Assembly (NCBI GenBank): GCA_964634365.1
Contig: CAZWJU010000002.1
Span: forward strand, 103,150 to 167,149
Source of the DNA: an uncultured Candidatus Saccharibacteria bacterium
Lineage (GTDB): Bacteria; Patescibacteriota; Minisyncoccia; Phycocordibacterales; UBA9973
DNA length: 64,000 nucleotides
Reading direction: 5' to 3'
Shown in pieces: positions 51,274-58,763 of the stretch. The notes beneath the pieces are model-generated. The model ran no database searches and was not told the origin of the DNA. It was given only the letters and a program-made list of their open reading frames with translations. The position numbers and the translations under genes were made by a program. Every line of letters starts with the position of its first letter. The first letter of the stretch is position 1.

Positions 51274-52566
51274 ATGAGAAAGTTATATACTTTTCTTCTT
51301 ATTTTGGTAGGTTTGGGATTAAATGCCCAAACAGAGGAACTTATCCCATTGGAATATGTTCCCGGAACCATCTATGCACTGTCAGCAGATGAAACTACTG
51401 GCAAGATCATGGTAGGTGGCTCATTTAACGAAAGCGCCGGCTTCCCTTTTGCAAAGTTTGCAATTATGGAAGATGATGTTTTTGTAAATCCAGGAACTGG
51501 ATTGCCTGAAGATGGAAGTGAAGGCATTATGACTTTCGCCAAATCAAAAGGTATCTTGTATTCTGGCTCTGCATCGGATGACCCGACGTGGAGGCTTGCA
51601 AAAAAAGAACCAGCCAACGGAAATTGGGAAGGTACAATTAGTATAGACGGGCCGGTTTACGCGCTCGATACACTTAGCAATGGAAACTTGCTTGTGTTAG
51701 GAGATTTTACAACTCCTTATGCTGGTGCATTTATCTATGACGGAGAAAACGCCCTACCGTTAAACGGTTTTGAGGTAATAGGAACTCCAACCGGAGTAAC
51801 TAAATTTGGCAGTAAATACTTTATCAACTACATCTCGGCGCCTCAGGATTATAAAAACATCTTCATATGGGATGAGACTTGTGAATGCGAGAGTGCAGAC
51901 GAAACAAATCTGCCAACCAACTTTATAGTTTATGCAGTTGAAAAATCAGAAGAAGAAAAACTTTATCTTTCCTTGTGGAATTTTGAAGGAGGCGATAAAG
52001 AATTTTATCAATCTTCTGATGGTATAAACTTTGAAGTAATAGGTGAATTAGATGGCACAGTCATAGGGATAAAATCTCACGGTGAACTCATTTACTTCTA
52101 TGGAGATTTGTTCGAAGTAAACGGAGAGGAGGTCAACCCTATTGTTACCTACGACCCAAATACTAGTGCCTGGGAATCTGTAGGCGGAACAACTTGGGCA
52201 GGAACAGGAGTCGCACGAGCAGTCGATTTCATGGACGATAAATTATATGCGGCCATAGGATCTTGGGTGTTCGTGTATGAATATGAAACTCCAGTAGATA
52301 CTACCGAGGATACTGTAAACATCTCAGTGTTCGATATTGAAAAAAATATCAATATCTACCCGAATCCAACAGCGAACTATGTAACACTCGAATTCGATAA
52401 CGTATTTTCTCAAAATGTGACAATCTACAACTCACTCGGAGAAATTATGTCCTTAATCGAAATTTCACGGTCAGAGGAAAAAATCGTGTTCGATGTTTCT
52501 AGCTTACCAGCTGGAATATATTCGGTAAAATCCGAAGAATTCACTGGAAGATTTCTGAAACTTTAA
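51274..52566 (+). CDS. Beta-propeller protein with T9SS type A C-terminal sorting domain
   Basis: Signal peptide ending NA-Q; C-terminus IYPNPTAN...IYNSLGE...SSLPAGIY.V...RFLKL. Confidence 0.85.
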   Translation: MRKLYTFLLILVGLGLNAQTEELIPLEYVPGTIYALSADETTGKIMVGGSFNESAGFPFAKFAIMEDDVFVNPGTGLPEDGSEGIMTFAKSKGILYSGSASDDPTWRLAKKEPANGNWEGTISIDGPVYALDTLSNGNLLVLGDFTTPYAGAFIYDGENALPLNGFEVIGTPTGVTKFGSKYFINYISAPQDYKNIFIWDETCECESADETNLPTNFIVYAVEKSEEEKLYLSLWNFEGGDKEFYQSSDGINFEVIGELDGTVIGIKSHGELIYFYGDLFEVNGEEVNPIVTYDPNTSAWESVGGTTWAGTGVARAVDFMDDKLYAAIGSWVFVYEYETPVDTTEDTVNISVFDIEKNINIYPNPTANYVTLEFDNVFSQNVTIYNSLGEIMSLIEISRSEEKIVFDVSSLPAGIYSVKSEEFTGRFLKL

Positions 52567-52604
52567 TTACAACCCCCTTTATAGGGGGTTTTGCTTTGGG
52601 CGAA

Positions 52605-52665
52605 ACCCCGTGAGATATATAAAATAAACTTTTTAAACAAATTTGCAGTAATTATCTCACGGGGT
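52605..52665. repeat. REP-like 13-bp inverted repeat ACCCCGTGAGATA/TATCTCACGGGGT
   Basis: Perfect arms at 52605-52617 and 52653-52665. Confidence 0.75.
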
Positions 52666-52676
52666 ATACTATATAT

Positions 52677-52808
52677 ATGTCTACAGAAGAACTCGAAAAA
52701 TTAGCTAGAAAAATAATCTTTGGAACTACAACCGACGAGGAATACGCCCGCTTTATCAAAGAAAGCAAGCGCCTCATAGCCGACGCAGAGGTTGTGTTCG
52801 CTTCTTAA
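52677..52808 (+). CDS. Unannotated 43-aa helical peptide
   Basis: MSTEELEKLARKIIFGTTTDEEYARFIKESKRLIADAEVVFAS; TATACT 6 nt upstream; resembles 60947..61105. Confidence 0.6.
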   Translation: MSTEELEKLARKIIFGTTTDEEYARFIKESKRLIADAEVVFAS

Positions 52809-52814
52809 ATATAT

Positions 52815-53228
52815 ATGTTTGAAAAACCAGAAATAAATTTAAATAAAGTAGAAAAAATAAACCCAAACGAGGAAGGCTTGTCTTTACTTAGACGAATTCA
52901 CAATCTAAAAAATCGCATCGGAGAACTTCCTCCGGAACTCGCAAATTCAATTAAAGTGATAATCCCTGCGATTGTGTTTATGACTCTTTCTAAAACTGGT
53001 ATGGCTCAAACAACACCAGAGGCAGATACTACTGGAACAAACACAGAACAACCGGGTATTTTCCCATCTTTTGAAGAAGACAAGCCACTTCTAACAGAAG
53101 AGGAAAAAGAAGAAGCCAAAGAAAAAGCCGACGATGTGATAGGTGTCGTCCTAGATGACACAAAGTACGAAGATATGTACGAAGTTGCAAAAGACGTTGT
53201 AAAAATCTTCAAAAAAGATGACGAATAG
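52815..53228 (+). CDS. Hypothetical membrane-associated protein
   Basis: Internal hydrophobic segment followed by AQ and an acidic tail. Confidence 0.65.
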   Translation: MFEKPEINLNKVEKINPNEEGLSLLRRIHNLKNRIGELPPELANSIKVIIPAIVFMTLSKTGMAQTTPEADTTGTNTEQPGIFPSFEEDKPLLTEEEKEEAKEKADDVIGVVLDDTKYEDMYEVAKDVVKIFKKDDE

Positions 53229-53389
53229 TCTATTTGCGCAATACGAAGCTTTGTGGTAATATGTGTGTATTAAGTTCGCTGTCAGCGGGCTTTTTTTAAT
53301 AAAAATTTAATAACAATTTAATATATTGGTTATCTTGTATTTGATTTGGCCCTGCCTATCACCTACAACCTAAAACCTAAAACCTATTT

Positions 53390-54622
53390 ATGTTAGATCT
53401 AAAAGTATTACGTTCAGCTCTTGAACAATTAGAAGAGGAGCGCAAAATTCCAAAAGAAAAAATAATCGAAGCCATAGAACAAGCCCTCGCTGCAGCGTAC
53501 AAAAAAGAGTACGGTAAGCGCGGACAAATTATCCGTTCAAAATTCGACCTAGAAGATGGTACTACTCAATTTTTCCAAGTAAAAAAAGTTGTTGATGAAA
53601 CAACTGTTCGCATAGTACCTGAGGGTACTCCAGAAGATGAAGATGTTGTAGAAGAAGGCGACGAGAGAGTTCGCTACAACGAAGAGCATCATATTTTCTT
53701 AGAAGATGCTCAGAAAATTAAAAAAGGTATAGAGCTCGATGAAGAAATCATATTCCCTCTTGAAACAAAAGATGATTTCGGACGCATTGCAGCACAAACT
53801 GCAAAGCAAGTTATAATCCAGCGCATCCGTGAAGCTGAGAGAGGCTCTATCATGGATGAATATGGAACAAAAGAAGGTGATATCGTATCTGGAATCGTTC
53901 AAAAAATCGAACGAGGTATCGTGTATGTAGACTTCAACCGTGCAACTGGAATACTTCCTTTCGAAGAACAAATCCCAGGCGAACAATACCGTCGCAACGA
54001 ACGTATCAGAGCATACCTATACATGGTAGAAGAGTCTCCACGTGGAATCTCTCTGAAGCTATCACGCACTCATCCAAAATTCTTGTCAAAACTATTTGAA
54101 CTAGAAGCACCAGAAATTGCAAACGGAATAGTAGAGATAAAATCTATAGCTCGTGAAGCTGGAAGTCGCTCAAAAATCGCAGTATTTTCAAACGACGATC
54201 ACGTAGACCCAGTTGGTTCATGTGTTGGTCAGCGCGGTGTTCGTGTAACAACTGTTATGAACGAACTAAATGGCGAAAAAATCGACATCATACCTTGGTC
54301 AAAAGATGCAAAGACTTTAGTTTCAAACTCTCTATCACCTGCAAAAGTACTTGATATTGAAATAGATGAAGACGAACACAAAGCAGTAATAGAAGTTGCC
54401 GATGATCAGCTATCTCTTGCAATCGGTAAAGGTGGACAAAACGTACGCTTGGCTGCAAAACTTACTGGATGGAAAATTGATATCAAAGGTGTAAAAGGTG
54501 AAACTATCGGAAGCTCAGAGGATGAGTCTGACGAAGGCTACATATCTCTAACAGATCTTGGCGCAAAAGAAACTCCTGAAGTTGCAACAGAAGATACGAT
54601 AGAAACAGAAGATTTGGCTTAA
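53390..54622 (+). CDS. nusA: Transcription elongation factor NusA
   Basis: FGRIAAQTAKQV, AREAGSRSKIAV, DPVGSCVG, AIGKGGQNVRLA. Confidence 0.97.
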   Translation: MLDLKVLRSALEQLEEERKIPKEKIIEAIEQALAAAYKKEYGKRGQIIRSKFDLEDGTTQFFQVKKVVDETTVRIVPEGTPEDEDVVEEGDERVRYNEEHHIFLEDAQKIKKGIELDEEIIFPLETKDDFGRIAAQTAKQVIIQRIREAERGSIMDEYGTKEGDIVSGIVQKIERGIVYVDFNRATGILPFEEQIPGEQYRRNERIRAYLYMVEESPRGISLKLSRTHPKFLSKLFELEAPEIANGIVEIKSIAREAGSRSKIAVFSNDDHVDPVGSCVGQRGVRVTTVMNELNGEKIDIIPWSKDAKTLVSNSLSPAKVLDIEIDEDEHKAVIEVADDQLSLAIGKGGQNVRLAAKLTGWKIDIKGVKGETIGSSEDESDEGYISLTDLGAKETPEVATEDTIETEDLA

Positions 54623-54665
54623 AGACTATTCCCTATTATCGTTTATTACTAATCAATAAAATATT

Positions 54666-55250
54666 ATGGCAAATATAAACCTACCCCCATCAAAGTTTAT
54701 GTACAATCTGCAACACACTATCCCTTCATTTGCAGATGAAGACAAAGGTATTGTAAACGGACTTGTAGAAATAAACGCAAATTCAATAAACAAATATGAA
54801 TTCATAACTGAAAGCGGACAGCTAAAACTCGACAGAGTCGGATACTCATCGCTCGCATACCCGGTAGCTTATGGACTTATCCCACAAACATGGGATCAAG
54901 ACAACGATTTGATAGATTTCGTAATCGCAAATGTTACAGAGCCACTTGTGCCTGGAACACTCGTAGAATTGCGTGTAATCGGAGTTATGAAATTTGAAGA
55001 CGGAGGAGAGCGTGACGACAAGATCATAACAGTTATCGCCGATGACAAGAGAATGGATCATATAAAGTCTTTTACTGATCTTGGTGAGCACTGGCAAAAA
55101 GAAGTCGAACACTATTTCGAATTCTATAAACACCTAAAGAAGCCTGGTACATGTAAGCCTCTTGGATTCTTCGATAAAGACGAAGCAATCAAAATAATCA
55201 AAGAGTGCCAAGATAGATACAAAACTGATTACGCACCTAAATTAGACTAA
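54666..55250 (+). CDS. ppa: Inorganic pyrophosphatase (family I)
   Basis: NKYE, LDRV, YGLIPQT, DGGERDDKII. Confidence 0.92.
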   Translation: MANINLPPSKFMYNLQHTIPSFADEDKGIVNGLVEINANSINKYEFITESGQLKLDRVGYSSLAYPVAYGLIPQTWDQDNDLIDFVIANVTEPLVPGTLVELRVIGVMKFEDGGERDDKIITVIADDKRMDHIKSFTDLGEHWQKEVEHYFEFYKHLKKPGTCKPLGFFDKDEAIKIIKECQDRYKTDYAPKLD

Positions 55251-55264
55251 TAAAAAATAAAAAT

Positions 55265-56329
55265 ATGATTATAAAAGTTACAAAGCTAGAAAAAAGCCAA
55301 GTTGAAATAGAGGGCACTATACCAGAAGAAAAATTGTTGAGCTATGAAAAGAGTATTGTGGATGCAATGCTGAAAGATTTTGAAATACCAGGTTTTCGAA
55401 AAGGTAAAGTCCCTGAAGCAATGTTCCGAAAAGAGATTTCTGATATGACAATCCTAGAAGAAATGGCAGAGCGCGCTATCGGCGATGAGTACCCGAAAAT
55501 ACTAGAGAGTGAAAAGATTGATGCTATTGGCCGCCCTGAAGTCATAATCACAAAACTTGCTCGTGGAAATGCACTCGAATTCAAGATCAAGACTGCAGTA
55601 CTCCCAGAAATAAAACTTCCAGACTACAAAAAGATTGCTCGTGAAGAGATGTCAAAAAGTGAGAGCGTCGATGTAACTACAGAAGAAGTAGACAACGCTC
55701 TACTAGAACTTCGTAAAATGAAAGCTCACCAGGCTTTACATGAAAATATGAAAGAGGGAGAGGAGGCTAGCCACGATCACAATCATGAAGAGCTAAATGA
55801 TGAAAAAAATCTTCCAGAACTAAACGATGAATTTGCAGCTTCACTAGGAGATTTTAAAACAGTCGCAGAGCTTCGTGCAAAAATAGAAGAAAACATGGCT
55901 TTAGAAAAAGCAAACAAAGCTCATGAAAAGAAACGTATCGCTGTTATGGAGAGAATAATCGATGAGGCTAAAATAGATGTTCCAGAAGTATTTATTGAAG
56001 CAGAGCTTCGAAAAATGATGTCTCGTATGGAAATAGATATCGCAAACATGGGTCTAAAAATAGACGACTATCTAGCTCATGTAAAAAAGACTCGCGAAGA
56101 TCTTATGAGTGAATGGAGAAAAGACGCAGAGCGTAGAGCAATCTTAGAATTATCAATAAGTGAGATTGCTAAAATTGAAAATATAAAATCTGAAAAAGAG
56201 GAACTTGATAGAGAAGTGAAAAAACTTCTTGAAAACTATCCAGACGCTGACCCACTTCAAGCAGAATTGTATGTAGACAATGTGCTTAGAAATGAAAAAG
56301 TATTTGTGTTTTTTGAGAATCAAAAGTAG
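55265..56329 (+). CDS. tig: Trigger factor, apparently lacking the FKBP domain
   Basis: IPGFRKGKVP ribosome-binding motif; LPELNDEFA; only 354 aa. Confidence 0.92.
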   Translation: MIIKVTKLEKSQVEIEGTIPEEKLLSYEKSIVDAMLKDFEIPGFRKGKVPEAMFRKEISDMTILEEMAERAIGDEYPKILESEKIDAIGRPEVIITKLARGNALEFKIKTAVLPEIKLPDYKKIAREEMSKSESVDVTTEEVDNALLELRKMKAHQALHENMKEGEEASHDHNHEELNDEKNLPELNDEFAASLGDFKTVAELRAKIEENMALEKANKAHEKKRIAVMERIIDEAKIDVPEVFIEAELRKMMSRMEIDIANMGLKIDDYLAHVKKTREDLMSEWRKDAERRAILELSISEIAKIENIKSEKEELDREVKKLLENYPDADPLQAELYVDNVLRNEKVFVFFENQK

Positions 56330-56335
56330 AATCAG

Positions 56336-56820
56336 TTCGAAAGAAAAAATCCCCTGGAGGGGATTTTTTCTTTTATTTTAAATAAAAATATACAACCCGC
56401 CTCTGGCGGGTTGTATTGTATTTTAAATATTACTTTTTCAAAAAAGTAATGCAAAAACTTCTTTGCATGTATCAAGAAAGACACTCACAAAACTCGGACT
56501 CACTAAAAGTATTAACTCGGCCACTACCTCAAACAGAATACTTTTTCCTGTCGGAACGTTCGTCCTTGTTTGTTCGTGTATATTTCTTGAAACAAGGCAA
56601 AGCTAGGGCCCAAATATAACCAATCCATACTTTTAAAAAGTCTTGCGCAAGGTCGACGGGCCGAGCAGAGCAATTCGCTAGCAAGCGAATATGCGTGCTT
56701 TTTAAAAGTTATGGATAAAATAAAGTTTTCCGGAAATTGGACTTTGGGTAGCCAATAAAAAAGATGAAGTTGTTTTGAAAAAGTAATGATTAAAAAAATG
56801 AACCCCGCCAGAGGCGAGTT
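56336..56820. repeat. Dispersed structured intergenic repeat, copy 3 (end module also present inverted at the right end)
   Basis: Homologous to copies 1 and 2; right end is the reverse complement of the left-end module. Confidence 0.9.
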
Positions 56821-56863
56821 ATTATTAACTATTCCCTTATCCCTTATCACTATTCCCTAAAAT

Positions 56864-56908
56864 AAAAACCCCGTAGATTACTCTACGGGGCCGGGCTGGC
56901 AAAAGCCC
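56864..56908 (-). terminator. Hairpin plus intrinsic terminator of the lipoprotein cassette
   Basis: GGGCT/AGCCC then CCCCGTAG/CTACGGGG and a U-run. Confidence 0.75.
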
Positions 56909-56918
56909 TAACCAAATA

Positions 56919-57584
56919 TTATTCTCCGGCGTCCACTGACGGCTCCGGACTCGATGCATCTACCACATCTCCGAGATTGGTTGTGGTCTCTGAAACCACT
57001 TTTCCTTTCTCTTTGATGATGGTGATTACCTCGTAATCCTTTGCCGTGAAGCAAGGGTGGAGATCTTTGGCTGCAATCTCCTTCTTTGCCGGCTTCGGCT
57101 CATCCTTTACTACAGGAGCCGGTTCAACTTTTTTTACCGGTGCCGGGTTTTCAACCACAGGAGCGGGAGGAGTTGATTCCTCCTTTTCGCAATCACACGG
57201 AGCGGGCTCCGTTTTTGTGATCACTCCGAACTCTACGATTTCAAACTCTGTGTGCTGGCCGTTGTACCATATTGGATGGATTAGACGCACCTTAACCCAA
57301 ACCCTGTTGTGGTTAGCAACAAGATTATTAAGTTTGGTGGCACGATCTTTGTCTTCATCCTCCATACGGGCATAACTTACTTTATTGTCCCCGCACAACT
57401 TAAATGGCATACTCAGCTCATCAAATGCAATTCCGTACATTTCACCGGAAAAATTAGCAATATTAGCATTTGATGTTGAGGGCTGATTATTCATTTCTGC
57501 AGAATCCCTTTTACCGGAATCCCCACAAGAGGTCAGCACAGCCATAAATAAAACAGTAAATAAAGAAATGAAACCTATCTTCAT
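56919..57584 (-). CDS. Putative lipoprotein
   Basis: Lipobox LTS-C; Pro/Glu/Lys-rich linker; own promoter and terminator. Confidence 0.75.
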   Translation of the reverse strand: MKIGFISLFTVLFMAVLTSCGDSGKRDSAEMNNQPSTSNANIANFSGEMYGIAFDELSMPFKLCGDNKVSYARMEDEDKDRATKLNNLVANHNRVWVKVRLIHPIWYNGQHTEFEIVEFGVITKTEPAPCDCEKEESTPPAPVVENPAPVKKVEPAPVVKDEPKPAKKEIAAKDLHPCFTAKDYEVITIIKEKGKVVSETTTNLGDVVDASSPEPSVDAGE

Positions 57585-57630
57585 ATTTATTGGTTTTATT
57601 GTGAATTCAATATAGAACTTTTACTCACGT

Positions 57631-57660
57631 AGTATAGCACATATACCCCCCATTTGTCAA
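57631..57660 (-). promoter_or_regulatory. sigma70 promoter TTGACA-18-TATACT with extended -10 TG
   Basis: Flanks closely match the promoter at 61415-61443. Confidence 0.75.
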
Positions 57661-57763
57661 GCCCTCCCGTACCCCCTATTTTTCTGTTATAATCTCAATA
57701 GTTTATAGGATTTCTTTGTATTTTTACTAAAACCTAACACCTATAACCTTAAACCTATCCAAT

Positions 57764-58348
57764 ATGTTAATCCCAACAGTCCTCGAAAAATCCCAATTTG
57801 GCGAACGCGCATACGATATTTACTCTCGCCTGCTAAAAGAGCGTATTATTTTCCTAAACGATGAGGTGAACGACTACACTGCAAACTTAGTTATTGCTCA
57901 GCTTATCTTCCTTGCTCACGAAGATCCAAAAAAAGATATTCAGCTATACATAAACTCTCCAGGAGGATCAGTTACAGCTGGTATGGCGATATATGACACA
58001 ATGCAATTCATAAAACCAGACGTTACTACTATATGTGTTGGTATGGCAGCATCTATGGGAGCAGTGCTTCTCGCTGGTGGTGCAAAAGGCAAACGTTTTG
58101 CTCTTCCAAACTCTCGCATGATGATCCACCAAGTACTCGGTGGCGCTGAAGGTCAGGCAAGTGACGTTGAGATTCGTACACGCGAACTATTACGTATGAA
58201 AAAAATGTTGAACGAACTTCTTGCAAAACACACAGGACAAAAACTAGCAAAAGTTGAAGCCGACGCTGACCGAGACTATTTTATGACAGCCGACGAAGCA
58301 AAAAAATACGGTCTTATAGATGAAGTAATCACAAAAGCTAAGATATAA
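57764..58348 (+). CDS. clpP: ATP-dependent Clp protease proteolytic subunit
   Basis: [33 protein letters not shown]. Confidence 0.97.
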   Translation: MLIPTVLEKSQFGERAYDIYSRLLKERIIFLNDEVNDYTANLVIAQLIFLAHEDPKKDIQLYINSPGGSVTAGMAIYDTMQFIKPDVTTICVGMAASMGAVLLAGGAKGKRFALPNSRMMIHQVLGGAEGQASDVEIRTRELLRMKKMLNELLAKHTGQKLAKVEADADRDYFMTADEAKKYGLIDEVITKAKI

Positions 58349-58392
58349 ATACAATATCAAAATAAAAAACCCGCCTAGCGGGTTTTTTATTT

Positions 58393-58624
58393 AATTGGTG
58401 TATTTAGAATCCTTGGAGCCTAACTTTGCCTTGTAGATTTACATATCTAGACGAACGCAAATAGTGTTTCAAAAGACTCTGTGTAGTGCGACGGCGCGAA
58501 ACAAAGAAAATTTATAGCAGTAAATTTTCGTGTCTTTTGAAACACTATTAAGTGAGTTGTTTTTTGAAAAAGTAATAGTTAAACAAGTAAAGAAAAATTC
58601 CGCTTTGCGGAATTTTTCTTTGAA
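58393..58624. repeat. Dispersed structured intergenic repeat, copy 4 (rearranged, domain B only)
   Basis: ATTGGTGTATTT..CTTTGCCTTG module, 18-bp stem around a TAGCAG hairpin, TTTTGAAAAAGTAAT module. Confidence 0.75.
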
Positions 58625-58639
58625 TTTTTAATACATAAA

Positions 58640-58684
58640 CTACCGAGCGTATTCTATTACTCTCGCCTCTCGAATCAAGGTTAC
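58640..58684 (-). pseudogene. Orphan recoded duplicate of the rny 3' end (VTLIREARVIEYAR*)
   Basis: 13/14 aa identical to 58764-58808 with 10 synonymous codon differences. Confidence 0.85.
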
Positions 58685-58763
58685 CCCGGTACGAAAATTG
58701 CACAGCGAATGCCTGTGCAATTTCATACGGGGCGAGACGTGGTAAATTTATTTTTTGTGATTT

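Noticed and set aside
56416-56850. ORFs 56416..56619 and 56524..56850
   Set aside because: They lie in repeat copy 3 and the frames are not kept in the other copies
58483-58494. 12-nt match GTAGTGCGACGG between repeat copy 4 and ~61289
   Set aside because: Isolated 12-mer matches are expected by chance in 64 kb and the flanks do not align
30663-58624. CRISPR array or integron attC interpretation of the repeats
   Set aside because: Copies are dispersed and hundreds of nt long, with no regular spacers, cas gene or integron integrase
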